From contig JAZSDQ010000062.1 of assembly GCA_045531235.1 (NCBI GenBank), forward strand, positions 1 to 53,009: a stretch of DNA of 53,009 nt. The letters are read 5' to 3'. Shown one piece after another: positions 9,362 to 19,313 of this stretch (within the stretch, counting starts at the first letter, position 1; every line of letters begins with the position of its first letter). The position numbers and the translations under genes were made by a program. Source of the stretch: Eubacteriales bacterium. Its GTDB lineage: Bacteria > Bacillota > Clostridia > Oscillospirales > SIG627. The notes under the pieces were generated by a model. The model had not been told where the DNA came from and did no database searches. It saw only the letters and a program-made list of their open reading frames with translations.

Positions 9362-12022
9362 TCATTCTCCTTTCAAATTATTATGAATCAAGCCCACAAG
9401 GGCAGAATCATCTTCTTTTTTCAAATATTTCATAAACTCCATCACAGCAGCAGGTAACACTGACAAAATCACGGAAAAAAATACCGGCCAAAAACGCAGA
9501 ACATATTCCTCCTTCTGCCAGAGAAATGTAATCTTTGGTGAAGAAAGCAATACCGTCACAACGGATGCTACTGCAAACGTAATCAATTCTGTTTTTCCAA
9601 ATTCTTTTATTTTTGTAAAAATAGAATTATCAAACTTTATAGACAACGAAGAAAAGTAGGAAGAAAACACCATTGTAATAAGCGCTGTCGCTGATGCTGT
9701 TAATGTGCTTCCCGAAGCATAAAGACCGATTCTATGGGAAAGCATAACCGCCAATGCCTGGGTCGATCCTACAATTAAAGGTATAATGATCAAAACCTGA
9801 AGCGAAGATACACGATCATCTTTCAAAACGCCTTTATTATTTTCAAGACGCGGCCCGGGCAATCGATGAAATATATTCACACCAAAGGGAATACACACTC
9901 CCAGTCCACCAAGAACCATCTGAAAAAGCGGAACAGGAGCTTCCCCATTGGCGGTAATACCAATAAATACACTTATTCCAAACGCCACCTGCAAAAGAAG
10001 GATATACTGCATAATGTGAACAATGTTTCTGTAAAAAATTCTGGCCCAATTGATGCAGAGCGGAACAAGCTCATATTTTTTCTCATTAAACAAAATGTCC
10101 GCGTTAAGACGCACAGCGTTTTGCTTCTCGTTACTACTAACAATTGAAATATCCGATTCCATTTGCGGAAGCGTTTCATAAATTCCTTCTGTCAGTGCAA
10201 CAGTAATGTTGCCATTATCTTTGTGGTACTTTATGATGCTTTGCTTCTCTTCAACGGGAAACCCGCAATAAGCTTTATACTTCTCTATATCAGCAATATA
10301 CACACCGCGATCCATTCTTTGATAGCTTTGATAAGACAATGCATACTGGTAATCATCCTCCCCGATAATAGAAACACTTTTTGCAAGAGCAGACACGGTT
10401 TCGGGATAATCATCAGTCAGCAAATAGGTATGTATTCCAGATTTTTGACAAGTATTAACAGCACTTGCAGAAGCAGCGCTGATTGGCGTAGAAAGTCCAA
10501 AAAGGCCAACGTAGGTCATATTGTGACACAAACTGCGCTGGTCACCCGTTGAAGGTGAAGACAATGAAAGAACTGCAACAGCTTCAATTTTTTCACAAAT
10601 GCCGGCAAGATGACGTGCATCAGCCTTCGTCTGCAAACGAATTGATGCGTTCATAGGGATAGACCTACCATTTTCCCAAATATAGTTGCAGCACGATAAA
10701 ACCGCCTTTTGTTTTCCGCGAATAATCAGCTTGTATTCGCCGTCCTTCATAACAAGCGCACAGGAATATCCATATTTAGAATCATAATCATAGTGGTTAA
10801 TATGCAAGTGACTGCGATAAAGCGTGGGCTTTTGCAACCCAATAGAGGCAGCAGCTGATAAAATTGCCTTTTCACCGTTCCATTCTTCCTTCTTTCCGGA
10901 ATAATAGACCTTCGAACTTTGAGCGAGCAGCAAATTTTCCAAAATCGGCGAGGCATGCTCCGGTTCAGTTTTAAATTCATAGAAAGCATTGCCAAGATAA
11001 TATGCGCCGGCCAAGGGATGAGAATAAAACAGATAGTCACCGGAATTTACAAAAACGCTATTGGCATCACAAAGTCGATCAACTGCGCCGGGATTACGGA
11101 GGATCACACCTTCACGAAACAGTTTAGCAGACATATATGCTATGGAAAGATCCGATAGATATTCAATGGCATCCGGGAAAGCAGCAATAACAAGAGCTAC
11201 CGAATAGTAAAAGGCATGGAACACATCATTTCCAAAAAAAACGCCCCAAACAAATAAAAAGAAACATGCAATAACCCAAACAAGCGAGATCTGCTTTTTT
11301 AGCTCCATTGCGGTTTCATAGATCGTAGGCTGAGCAGTGTTCTGCCTGGATACAGTGAAGTTTTGATTGTCAAAAACATTACGTCCAGTATTACAAACAA
11401 AAACTTTTGCACTGCCATGCAAAACAACACTTCCTGCAAAAAGTATGCATTCAAAATACGGAAGACCGCTCCCCTCCTCTTCGACCTCTTCGTGGCTACG
11501 CTTGAAAACAGGAATTCGTTTGCCTGTAACACTTGCTTCCAAAATTTTCAGGGCGCGGTGCTTTAAAATTATGCCATCGCAAGGCATAACATCCCCCTTC
11601 TCCAAAAGAAGAATATCTCCGGGAACCAATTCAAATTTTTCAACAGATCGTATTACTCCGGAACGGCGAACATGATATCTACTGCGCGAAAATCGTTCAA
11701 TTTTCTTCTTTACCGAAGAAACATAAAGATAGCTTCCTAGTGCAAAAAAAGCATATAGAGCAATAACCAGAATTCCAACACTGAGAGAATATATATTTCC
11801 GGTTTCCAAATAATCAAACAAACTGATAAGAAGAAACAGGACCATCATAATATCGCAAAAAACTCTTTTTAACAGTGCAATCCAAGTATTCTTCTTTTCA
11901 AAAAGAATATTCTCACCGAATTCTCTACGGTTCTGCATTACTTGTTCCGCTGTAAGTCCGCTTTCGGTATCGGTGCCGAGAATTTCGCAAAGCTTAGATA
12001 ACCCAACCTCAAGTAAATTCAT
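9362..12022 (-). CDS. P-type (type II-like) cation ATPase homologue with degenerate catalytic motifs (probable pseudo-ATPase)
   Basis: 886 aa. Cation_ATPase_N-like start (GLTAEQVMQNRREFGENIL), about 10 TM helices and an A-domain (LVPGDILLLEKGDVMPCDG). By manual alignment TGES is TGKR, PEGLP is PDAIE, DKTGT is NSGDY, TGD is TDD and GDGxND is TEGIYE. Confidence 0.7.
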   Translation of the reverse strand: MNLLEVGLSKLCEILGTDTESGLTAEQVMQNRREFGENILFEKKNTWIALLKRVFCDIMMVLFLLISLFDYLETGNIYSLSVGILVIALYAFFALGSYLYVSSVKKKIERFSRSRYHVRRSGVIRSVEKFELVPGDILLLEKGDVMPCDGIILKHRALKILEASVTGKRIPVFKRSHEEVEEEGSGLPYFECILFAGSVVLHGSAKVFVCNTGRNVFDNQNFTVSRQNTAQPTIYETAMELKKQISLVWVIACFFLFVWGVFFGNDVFHAFYYSVALVIAAFPDAIEYLSDLSIAYMSAKLFREGVILRNPGAVDRLCDANSVFVNSGDYLFYSHPLAGAYYLGNAFYEFKTEPEHASPILENLLLAQSSKVYYSGKKEEWNGEKAILSAAASIGLQKPTLYRSHLHINHYDYDSKYGYSCALVMKDGEYKLIIRGKQKAVLSCCNYIWENGRSIPMNASIRLQTKADARHLAGICEKIEAVAVLSLSSPSTGDQRSLCHNMTYVGLFGLSTPISAASASAVNTCQKSGIHTYLLTDDYPETVSALAKSVSIIGEDDYQYALSYQSYQRMDRGVYIADIEKYKAYCGFPVEEKQSIIKYHKDNGNITVALTEGIYETLPQMESDISIVSSNEKQNAVRLNADILFNEKKYELVPLCINWARIFYRNIVHIMQYILLLQVAFGISVFIGITANGEAPVPLFQMVLGGLGVCIPFGVNIFHRLPGPRLENNKGVLKDDRVSSLQVLIIIPLIVGSTQALAVMLSHRIGLYASGSTLTASATALITMVFSSYFSSLSIKFDNSIFTKIKEFGKTELITFAVASVVTVLLSSPKITFLWQKEEYVLRFWPVFFSVILSVLPAAVMEFMKYLKKEDDSALVGLIHNNLKGE

Positions 12023-12030
12023 TGTACCTC

Positions 12031-14292
12031 TTAATTCAAGTGAATTTGAATACTCCCGTCTTTAACAGAAATTTTAATTTTAGCAAGATGTCCGTCACGG
12101 TCGGAAACAATCGCGTCAGCAATCTTATCTTCAACATTCGTTTGTAAAAAACGCGCCATATTTCTGGCACCGAACTTCTCGCTAAAAGATTCAGCTGCTA
12201 CAAACTCAACAACATCCTTGCCAAAGGACAATGTTAAACATTTTTCAGCCATAGCAGTCTTCAATTCAGACAAGCGGAGCTCAGCAATCTTTTCAAAACT
12301 CTCGCGCGAAAGCTTTGAAAAAGTAATAATTTCGTCAACACGGTTAATAAATTCAGGTCTCAAGAAGTTTTCGAGGCCTTTTATTGTGCGGGACTCATCC
12401 CCTTCTGTAAGAGAATGACCGAATCCGGTTACACCGCTTTTCACCTGACTGCCGGCATTGGTTGTCATAACAATTACGGTGTTTTCAAAATTGATTTCTT
12501 TGCCGTGTGCGTCGCTTACTCTTCCATCATCAAGGATCTGCAAAAGAATATTGAGGACATCGGGATGAGCCTTTTCAATTTCATCAAAAAGAACAACAGA
12601 ATAAGGCTTGCGACGAATTTTTTCCGTTAGTTGCCCCGCATCGTCATATCCAACATACCCGGGAGGAGAACCTATAATGCGGGAAACGGAATGTTTTTCC
12701 ATGAATTCTGACATATCCAAGCGAATCAAGGATTCAGTAGAATCAAACAAAGTGGATGCCAAAAACTTCACAAGCTCTGTTTTTCCAACACCGGTTGGCC
12801 CTGCAAAAATAAAGCTCGCAGGCTTCTTTTTAACGCTGATCCCGGCGCGATGGCGCTTAATTGCGCGGCAAACAGCATCTACCGCTTTTTCCTGCCCAAC
12901 GATATGCTTAGACAATATTTCCTTTAAAGTAGAAATCTTCTCAAATTCATTTTCAGAAATATTTGCAGCAGGAATTCCAGTCCAAGTTTCAATTACTCGC
13001 GCAATGTCCTCTATACCTAGGGAGATCTCATCTCTTTGACGCGACAAACTATCCAATTCTTCTCTCTTACGGATCTCAGAAAGTTTCAACTCGGCAAGAC
13101 GAGCGTATGTGCTGTCATCAGGCTCGGTAACTGCTTCTAACGCTTCTTTTTCAGAGCTAAGATTCGAAAGTTCTCTTACAAGTGAGTCAATTCTATTAAT
13201 AATCAAGCTATCGATCGATTTTTTTGAACATGCTTCATCCAATACATCGATCGCTTTATCGGGAAGAAAGCGATCAGTGATATACCGCTCCGAGAGAGCG
13301 ACCGTAGTCTTTAAAACCGATTCCGGGATAGAAAGACCATGAAATTTTTCATAGTGGCTTTTAATGCCTCTTAAAATCTCAACAGTTCTTTCAACCGTAG
13401 GCTCATCCACGGAGACAGGTTGAAAACGACGCTCAAGTGCTTGATCCTTCTCAATATATTTTCGGTATTCAGCAAGAGTGGTAGCTCCAATAATCTGGAT
13501 TTCGCCTCTGGACAACGCAGGTTTTAAAATATTCGCACAACTCATTCCGCCTTCGGAATCTCCTGCACCGACAATAGTGTGAATTTCATCAATAACGAGA
13601 ATAATATTGCCAAGTTTTTTTACTTCTTCAACCAAAGATTTAACTCGACTTTCAAACTGCCCACGAAAATGTGTTCCAGCCACAAGAGCTGTAAGATCCA
13701 GAAGAAACACCTCTTTATCCAAAAGGCGTACAGGAACCTTTGCATCAGCAATACGTTGGGCCAAAAGCTCTGCAATGGCAGTTTTGCCAACGCCAGGTTC
13801 TCCAATGAGACACGGATTGTTTTTTTGTCTGCGACAAAGAATCTGTACCACGCGATCCAATTCCTTATCTCTTCCAATAACTCGATCGAGTTCGCCTTTT
13901 TTTGCACGATGAGTTAAATTGATACAGTAGCCATCCAACATCTTACCATGCTTCTTTTTGGTACTATCTTTCTCTTTTTGTGATGACTTTTCTTCGGACT
14001 TTTCACTCTCAGCGGGAACAGGCATAGCACCGCCGAAAAGCGAATTGATATCCATAGCCATAGCACCGCTTTCAGCACCGCCAAACCCCTCCATCATCTG
14101 CCCCATTTGTTCTTCGAGCATATCCATATCATCGTCTTTCATTCCCATTTTTTCCATAAAATCAGAAAAAGGCTTAATATTTAATTCCTTGGCGCAGCGA
14201 AAGCAGAGTCCTTGTGATGTGACCTTATCCCCTTGTATATTATTGATATAGATTACAGCAGGACGTTCTTTGCAACGTGAACACATTTTCAT
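12031..14292 (-). CDS. clpE: ATP-dependent Clp protease ATP-binding subunit ClpE (two AAA+ modules, N-terminal zinc ribbon)
   Basis: N-terminal CxxC-N21-CxxC (CSRCKERP...CFRC). Walker A motifs GEPGVGKT and GPTGVGKT, a short coiled-coil M-domain and a ClpP-loop-like TGF tripeptide. Confidence 0.85.
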   Translation of the reverse strand: MKMCSRCKERPAVIYINNIQGDKVTSQGLCFRCAKELNIKPFSDFMEKMGMKDDDMDMLEEQMGQMMEGFGGAESGAMAMDINSLFGGAMPVPAESEKSEEKSSQKEKDSTKKKHGKMLDGYCINLTHRAKKGELDRVIGRDKELDRVVQILCRRQKNNPCLIGEPGVGKTAIAELLAQRIADAKVPVRLLDKEVFLLDLTALVAGTHFRGQFESRVKSLVEEVKKLGNIILVIDEIHTIVGAGDSEGGMSCANILKPALSRGEIQIIGATTLAEYRKYIEKDQALERRFQPVSVDEPTVERTVEILRGIKSHYEKFHGLSIPESVLKTTVALSERYITDRFLPDKAIDVLDEACSKKSIDSLIINRIDSLVRELSNLSSEKEALEAVTEPDDSTYARLAELKLSEIRKREELDSLSRQRDEISLGIEDIARVIETWTGIPAANISENEFEKISTLKEILSKHIVGQEKAVDAVCRAIKRHRAGISVKKKPASFIFAGPTGVGKTELVKFLASTLFDSTESLIRLDMSEFMEKHSVSRIIGSPPGYVGYDDAGQLTEKIRRKPYSVVLFDEIEKAHPDVLNILLQILDDGRVSDAHGKEINFENTVIVMTTNAGSQVKSGVTGFGHSLTEGDESRTIKGLENFLRPEFINRVDEIITFSKLSRESFEKIAELRLSELKTAMAEKCLTLSFGKDVVEFVAAESFSEKFGARNMARFLQTNVEDKIADAIVSDRDGHLAKIKISVKDGSIQIHLN

Positions 14293-14316
14293 AATAGAAT
14301 GCTACCTCATTAAAAA

Positions 14317-14931
14317 CTATTTTAACTTTTTTTCTTTGATGATCGCTTCTTTTGTGGATTCAATCTGTGTAGCATAATTGAACACATATAGAACAAACGC
14401 CATCAGCATAACCAAAATCAGAACAATACATAACGCATCGAAAAACAAAGAGTTGCCAACACCCGTCACCGGAAAGAAGTGAACTGTGCATATCAAAACA
14501 TACCAAACAACGGTTGCAAGTTTTCCGCACCACCCGGCAGATACATAAAATTTACTTTTAGCCATAATCAAGTAGGCACCTATGATCATTAGAATTTCTT
14601 TTGTTATGATTATGGCAGCAAGGATTACAAACGGTCCCCTGAATTCAATCGCCAAACAGACGGTGACGGCTAGCTCTAAAAGCTTGTCAGCGAAAGGATC
14701 GAGTAGTTTACCAATATCAGTGATCCAATGATTTCTACGTGCCAAGTAGCCATCCAACGCATCACTAAATCCGGCTAAAAGGAAAACACAACCGGAAAAC
14801 ACAAGCGGATTACTGCCACTTCCAAATGAAAGCAAGCCAAAGAAAGACAGGACATAAACAGGAATCAAAATAATACGAATAACAGTAATTATATTTGGAA
14901 TATGTTCTTTTTTAAAACGAAAAGAGCTCAT
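14317..14931 (-). CDS. pgsA: CDP-diacylglycerol--glycerol-3-phosphate 3-phosphatidyltransferase
   Basis: CDP-alcohol phosphatidyltransferase motif DALDGYLARRNHWITDIGKLLDPFADKL. Start set at the second ATG (MSSFRF), which has AAAGGA 7 nt upstream. Confidence 0.85.
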   Translation of the reverse strand: MSSFRFKKEHIPNIITVIRIILIPVYVLSFFGLLSFGSGSNPLVFSGCVFLLAGFSDALDGYLARRNHWITDIGKLLDPFADKLLELAVTVCLAIEFRGPFVILAAIIITKEILMIIGAYLIMAKSKFYVSAGWCGKLATVVWYVLICTVHFFPVTGVGNSLFFDALCIVLILVMLMAFVLYVFNYATQIESTKEAIIKEKKLK

Positions 14932-14947
14932 TTTATATCCTTTCATC

Positions 14948-15658
14948 TCATTTTATAGCAAAAAATCCTAGTAAATCAATCTTTGATAAAGTGCGAACCA
15001 GATAAGTTTTTTCAACGTCAAATTCATTAACAAATTGTATCTTGTTCCCCTGCAAAGCAGGTTCAAGATACGAAAAAGCACCTGAAAGCACAAGGGATAA
15101 AAACAATCCCCAAACCACGCCCATTAATAACCCAAGAGTCTTGTTTGAAAAATTAAGGACTGGAAGCTTAGCCACTAGATTAAGAGCTTTTACAGCCAAT
15201 CGAATTGCAATGGATAAAACTATGAATAATGCAATATAGGCAATTGCGAATCCAACAGTATCAGAGATTGGTTGAATAACATAATTTGATACGCTCTCTA
15301 ACATGTTTTCGCCTAGCGTATCCCCCTTGGCAACTAGCAATTCCTTCACGCTTTCCGACGAAAAACCAAAACGAGACAAAATATCATCACATGACGCGGG
15401 CAATGCACTAAAATCAAGGTTTTCCACAGTTGTGCCGATTCGAGCGGAAAGAGCTGTTAGTAAGTACTTTTCCATAATTGGAAAAATAAACTTTTCGCCC
15501 AACCATCTTCCAATAGGATTAGCAAGAATAGAAGACAAGATGAAAGCAGCAACGCTACCAAAAAGGCCAAAGAAAGACTTAATAAAGCCGTTCTTATGTC
15601 CACCCCAAACACAGAGAAGAAGAACAATCAAAATTATTGCATCAACCAAGATGTTCAT
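14948..15658 (-). CDS. cvpA: CvpA family membrane protein
   Basis: N-terminus MNILVDAIILIVLLLCVWGGHKNGFIKSFF and 4-5 TM helices. Start chosen 6 nt after GGAGG; the track ORF extends 14 codons further upstream. Confidence 0.7.
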   Translation of the reverse strand: MNILVDAIILIVLLLCVWGGHKNGFIKSFFGLFGSVAAFILSSILANPIGRWLGEKFIFPIMEKYLLTALSARIGTTVENLDFSALPASCDDILSRFGFSSESVKELLVAKGDTLGENMLESVSNYVIQPISDTVGFAIAYIALFIVLSIAIRLAVKALNLVAKLPVLNFSNKTLGLLMGVVWGLFLSLVLSGAFSYLEPALQGNKIQFVNEFDVEKTYLVRTLSKIDLLGFFAIK

Positions 15659-15674
15659 ATCCATCCTCCATAAT

Positions 15675-16835
15675 TCAATCAAAAATACGAATATCTGCAA
15701 CAGTATCGGAACAGAGTATCACACAATCCTGCGATAGGACACCAATATCTGTATAATCACCGGAAAGAGGAATTTCCCTGAACTCTTCCCCGCTCCTCAT
15801 AATCACAAGGCCTGTATATGTTAACACATAAACGGTCTCATCAAAAACCTCTATATCTCTGATTTGAACAGAAAACTGCCGTGACAAAATTTCACTTGCA
15901 TTGCGATCAAATACTCGAACACGGTAACTAACGCCCACAGAAAGTTCATCTTGAACTACAGCAGAAATTTCATTCCCGTAGCGAATCATTTTAATGCTAT
16001 TATCAGAAAAATTAACACGATTTTTTATTTCGCCACCCTCAACACTGCATAGACCGAGATCAGTTAAAAGCAACGTACCATTTTGATCCGTCGAGTAAGA
16101 AAACGGCATTTCCTCTTGAATGGTCAGAGTAGAAAGTGGCTCGTTTTTTCCAATCTTAAGCTCAATCAGATCTGAAATCAAGGAACCGTCATCTACATGA
16201 ATTGCTGAGATGGTAAGAATACCTCGATCAGAAATCTGCGCATCGACAGCAAACTTTTCAGAAGAAAACCACTGCTGAATTTGCTTAAAATTATGATCAT
16301 AAACAAGCACCGCGGAATGGTATGATTTTTCTGAAGTCACAACACAAAAGTCGCCATCACCGTTTACACCGGCAGACTGAATAACATAATCAAAGGTCTT
16401 TTCAAAAAGCAAAGCAAATGAATTGTAAACCCTTAATTGATATCCGCCAAGATCATATACGATAAGGTACTTGTCTCCACAAACACAGGTTGGGTTTGAC
16501 ATAGTAAAGGAGTCAGTCATGACCGCACTGCCTCTACGATCATACAACGTAACACCGCTTTGGTTAGCAATGGCAAGATCCCCGCGAAAAACATAAAAAC
16601 GGTTTTCAGAATCAGAATTATAATAAACAACTCCTTCTTCTGAAAAAGCACCTGAGGAAGAAAAGTCAAGATATTTGATCAAATACCGAAGATTTTCAAT
16701 GGTAATATCATTTTCAAACAAAACAAACCCGCCTAAAAGAAATACCACTAAAACAGACAGTGCAATAAATTTATAAAGCCTAAATTTTTTTGCTTTTTTT
16801 TCAGAACGGCTTTCAGATATTTTTTCGTTCTCCAT
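15675..16835 (-). CDS. Membrane-anchored hypothetical protein, DUF5711-like (single N-terminal TM, beta-rich repeats)
   Basis: 386 aa. Lys-rich cytoplasmic tail, one TM (FIALSVLVVFLLGGFVLF), then repetitive beta-strand-like sequence. No enzymatic motif recognised. Confidence 0.55.
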   Translation of the reverse strand: MENEKISESRSEKKAKKFRLYKFIALSVLVVFLLGGFVLFENDITIENLRYLIKYLDFSSSGAFSEEGVVYYNSDSENRFYVFRGDLAIANQSGVTLYDRRGSAVMTDSFTMSNPTCVCGDKYLIVYDLGGYQLRVYNSFALLFEKTFDYVIQSAGVNGDGDFCVVTSEKSYHSAVLVYDHNFKQIQQWFSSEKFAVDAQISDRGILTISAIHVDDGSLISDLIELKIGKNEPLSTLTIQEEMPFSYSTDQNGTLLLTDLGLCSVEGGEIKNRVNFSDNSIKMIRYGNEISAVVQDELSVGVSYRVRVFDRNASEILSRQFSVQIRDIEVFDETVYVLTYTGLVIMRSGEEFREIPLSGDYTDIGVLSQDCVILCSDTVADIRIFD

Positions 16836-16879
16836 CCAGCAGTACCCCCTTCATTATTTTTGTTCATTTATTTCATAGC

Positions 16880-17632
16880 TTAATCAGAAATAACAGAAAG
16901 ATCGTAGTAAACCTTTTCAAGATAAAGACCTTGGGGCGGAACAGTTATCCCGGCAAGTGTCCTATCCTTGAGTTTTATTATCTCGGGAATTGTTTTATTA
17001 AGCTTATTTAAATCTGCGTAAATAAGCGTTCCAACCATAATACGAACCATATTATATAAGAAACCGTTTCCTGTGACAGAAAAACGAATAATGTCGTTAT
17101 CTCTTTCAACGGAACAAGAGGAAATTTTTCGCACAGTGTCTTCAATTACAGATCCTGTCGCCATAAAAGCGGAAAAATCATGTTCACCAACAAAACTCTG
17201 CGCAAAATTATCCATATTTTCGGCATTCAGTCTCACCGGCCAAAATCCTGCACGATTGCATTCAAAAGGAGAACGCAACGGCGAATTCAAAAGCCGATAG
17301 ACGTATGTTTTTCCACGACAGGAAAAACGCGCATGGAAATCAGTGGGAACCGCAATCGCTTCCCTTACAGCAATATCATGCGGAAGCAAAGCATTAAGGG
17401 CAAGCGGCAAACGATCCAAAGGAAATGAGAAAGGAAGGTCAAAATGACAAACAAACCTTTTAGCGTGCACTCCGGCATCGGTACGACTACAGCCAAAAAC
17501 CGTTACATCTGTCTTAAAAAGCTGAGCGAGCGCTTTTTGGATCTCTTCTTGTATCGTTACTGCGTTATTTTGAATTTGCCAGCCATGATAATTTGTACCG
17601 TCATAACCCAAAACAAGAGCTACTCGCTTCAT
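16880..17632 (-). CDS. truA: tRNA pseudouridine(38-40) synthase TruA
   Basis: MKRVALVLGYDGTNYHGWQIQ and the catalytic GCSRTDAGVHA. The internal start gives an ATGA overlap with the ecfT stop. Confidence 0.9.
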   Translation of the reverse strand: MKRVALVLGYDGTNYHGWQIQNNAVTIQEEIQKALAQLFKTDVTVFGCSRTDAGVHAKRFVCHFDLPFSFPLDRLPLALNALLPHDIAVREAIAVPTDFHARFSCRGKTYVYRLLNSPLRSPFECNRAGFWPVRLNAENMDNFAQSFVGEHDFSAFMATGSVIEDTVRKISSCSVERDNDIIRFSVTGNGFLYNMVRIMVGTLIYADLNKLNKTIPEIIKLKDRTLAGITVPPQGLYLEKVYYDLSVISD

Positions 17633-18459
17633 AACACACCGCCAATTGTACAGGGGATCAATCCAACTACGACAATTGCTAAAAGAAGAACGCTTACAAT
17701 CAAAAACCAAAGGATATCATCAAATTTAAGTCGCATTACTTTCATGCGAGTTCTTCCCTCACCACCGGTGTAACAACGGCACTCCATAGCTACTGCAAGC
17801 TCGGTCGCACGGGAAAAAGCTGAAATAAAAAGTGGTATCAGAATTGGAACCAGAGCTTTTGCACGATGAAATAGATTGCCACTCTCAAAATCCGCGCCTC
17901 TTGCCTTTTGCGCGTTTATGATTTTTTCCGTTTCTTCAACAAGTGTGGGAACGAAGCGAAGGGCCAAGGACATCATCATTGCGAACTCATGCACAGGAAC
18001 ATGTATTTTTTTCAGTGGAGACAGAAGACTCTCCAGCGCGTCAGTAAGATCCATGGGACTTGTTGTATAAGTAAGCAAAACACTGGTGCCGGCCACGAGA
18101 GAAATAATGCGGAGAACCATAAAAAGAGCGCGCCAAAGACCTTCGGGATAGATATGGACAAAGTAAAAATCTACCACAGGCGTTTCTCCTGTTGTCCAAA
18201 AAACATTGATCAGAGCAGTAAACAAGGAAATAAAAATAATAGGTTTTAATCCCTTGATAATAACAGAAACGGAAATACCGGAGAAGAATATAAGAAGCGC
18301 CATACAAAGAGAGAGATACGCAAAAGTATAGAGATTGGTTGCAAAGAAAACAAGAACAACAAACTCAATCATCAAAAGAATTTTAAGTCTGGGATCCATA
18401 CGGTGAAGAATACTGTTTCCCGGAAAATACTGACCCAAAGTTATATCTTTAAGCATCAT
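17629..18459 (-). CDS. ecfT: Energy-coupling factor transporter transmembrane component EcfT
   Basis: 276-aa polytopic protein with the coupling motif region AQKARGADF. Conserved ecfA1-ecfA2-ecfT-truA order. Confidence 0.88.
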   Translation of the reverse strand: MMLKDITLGQYFPGNSILHRMDPRLKILLMIEFVVLVFFATNLYTFAYLSLCMALLIFFSGISVSVIIKGLKPIIFISLFTALINVFWTTGETPVVDFYFVHIYPEGLWRALFMVLRIISLVAGTSVLLTYTTSPMDLTDALESLLSPLKKIHVPVHEFAMMMSLALRFVPTLVEETEKIINAQKARGADFESGNLFHRAKALVPILIPLFISAFSRATELAVAMECRCYTGGEGRTRMKVMRLKFDDILWFLIVSVLLLAIVVVGLIPCTIGGVL

Positions 18460-19312
18460 TCTCCTCCTTCTTCAGCCGGACGAGCTCAAATACCGCATCG
18501 GATACGGTATGAACTGCATCAGATACAGGTAGGCCTTTTGCTTTTAAGAGTCTGAACAATTTTGTGATTTGAGGAAGAGCAAGCCCCGCGTCCTCAATTT
18601 TTTCGCCTTGAGAAAACACCTCTTCAACCGTACCATGAAGAAAAGCAGTACCGTCCTTTAAAACAAGAAGATCATCAGCAAAGCGGGCGATATCCTCCAT
18701 GCTATGAGAAATCAGAATGACAGTTTTGTTCTTTTCACGCTGATATGTTTTCAATCTTCCCAAAATTTCTTCTCTGCCACCGGGATCAAGCCCGGCAGCA
18801 GGTTCGTCCAGTACAATAACATCCGGATCCATCGCAAGAACCCCTGCTATCGCAACACGTCTCTTTTGCCCACCCGAAAGCTCAAACGGAGATTTCTCCA
18901 TCCAATCTTCGCCAACACCGGTAAAGCGCGCCGCTTCATCAACCATTTTTCGAATTTCAGCGTCACTTTTCCCCATATTTTTTGGGCCGAAGGCAATATC
19001 TTTATATACGCTTTCCTCGAAAAGCTGATATTCGGGATATTGAAAAACAAGACCAACGCGAAATCTGTGTGCAACCAAATTCTTTGCATCGCTAAAGATC
19101 TCTTTTCCATCCAAAAGGACGCTGCCACTCGTTGGGCGAAGAATGCCATTTAAAATTTGGGCAAGAGTACTCTTACCCGAACCGGTATGACCGATAACGC
19201 CGGTGATCCGTCCGGGAGAAAAAGAAATATCAATGTCTTTCAGCGCTGCTTTTTCAAAAGGCGTTGAAGGACTGTAAAGATAGGAAACATGCTCCAATTT
19301 TATTTCTGCCAT
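18449..19312 (-). CDS. ecfA2: ECF transporter ATPase EcfA2
   Basis: Walker A GHTGSGKST, signature LSGGQKRRVAIA, Walker B VIVLDEP. ATG at 19312, 1 nt after the ecfA1 stop. Confidence 0.88.
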   Translation of the reverse strand: MAEIKLEHVSYLYSPSTPFEKAALKDIDISFSPGRITGVIGHTGSGKSTLAQILNGILRPTSGSVLLDGKEIFSDAKNLVAHRFRVGLVFQYPEYQLFEESVYKDIAFGPKNMGKSDAEIRKMVDEAARFTGVGEDWMEKSPFELSGGQKRRVAIAGVLAMDPDVIVLDEPAAGLDPGGREEILGRLKTYQREKNKTVILISHSMEDIARFADDLLVLKDGTAFLHGTVEEVFSQGEKIEDAGLALPQITKLFRLLKAKGLPVSDAVHTVSDAVFELVRLKKEENDA

Positions 19313-19313
19313 A

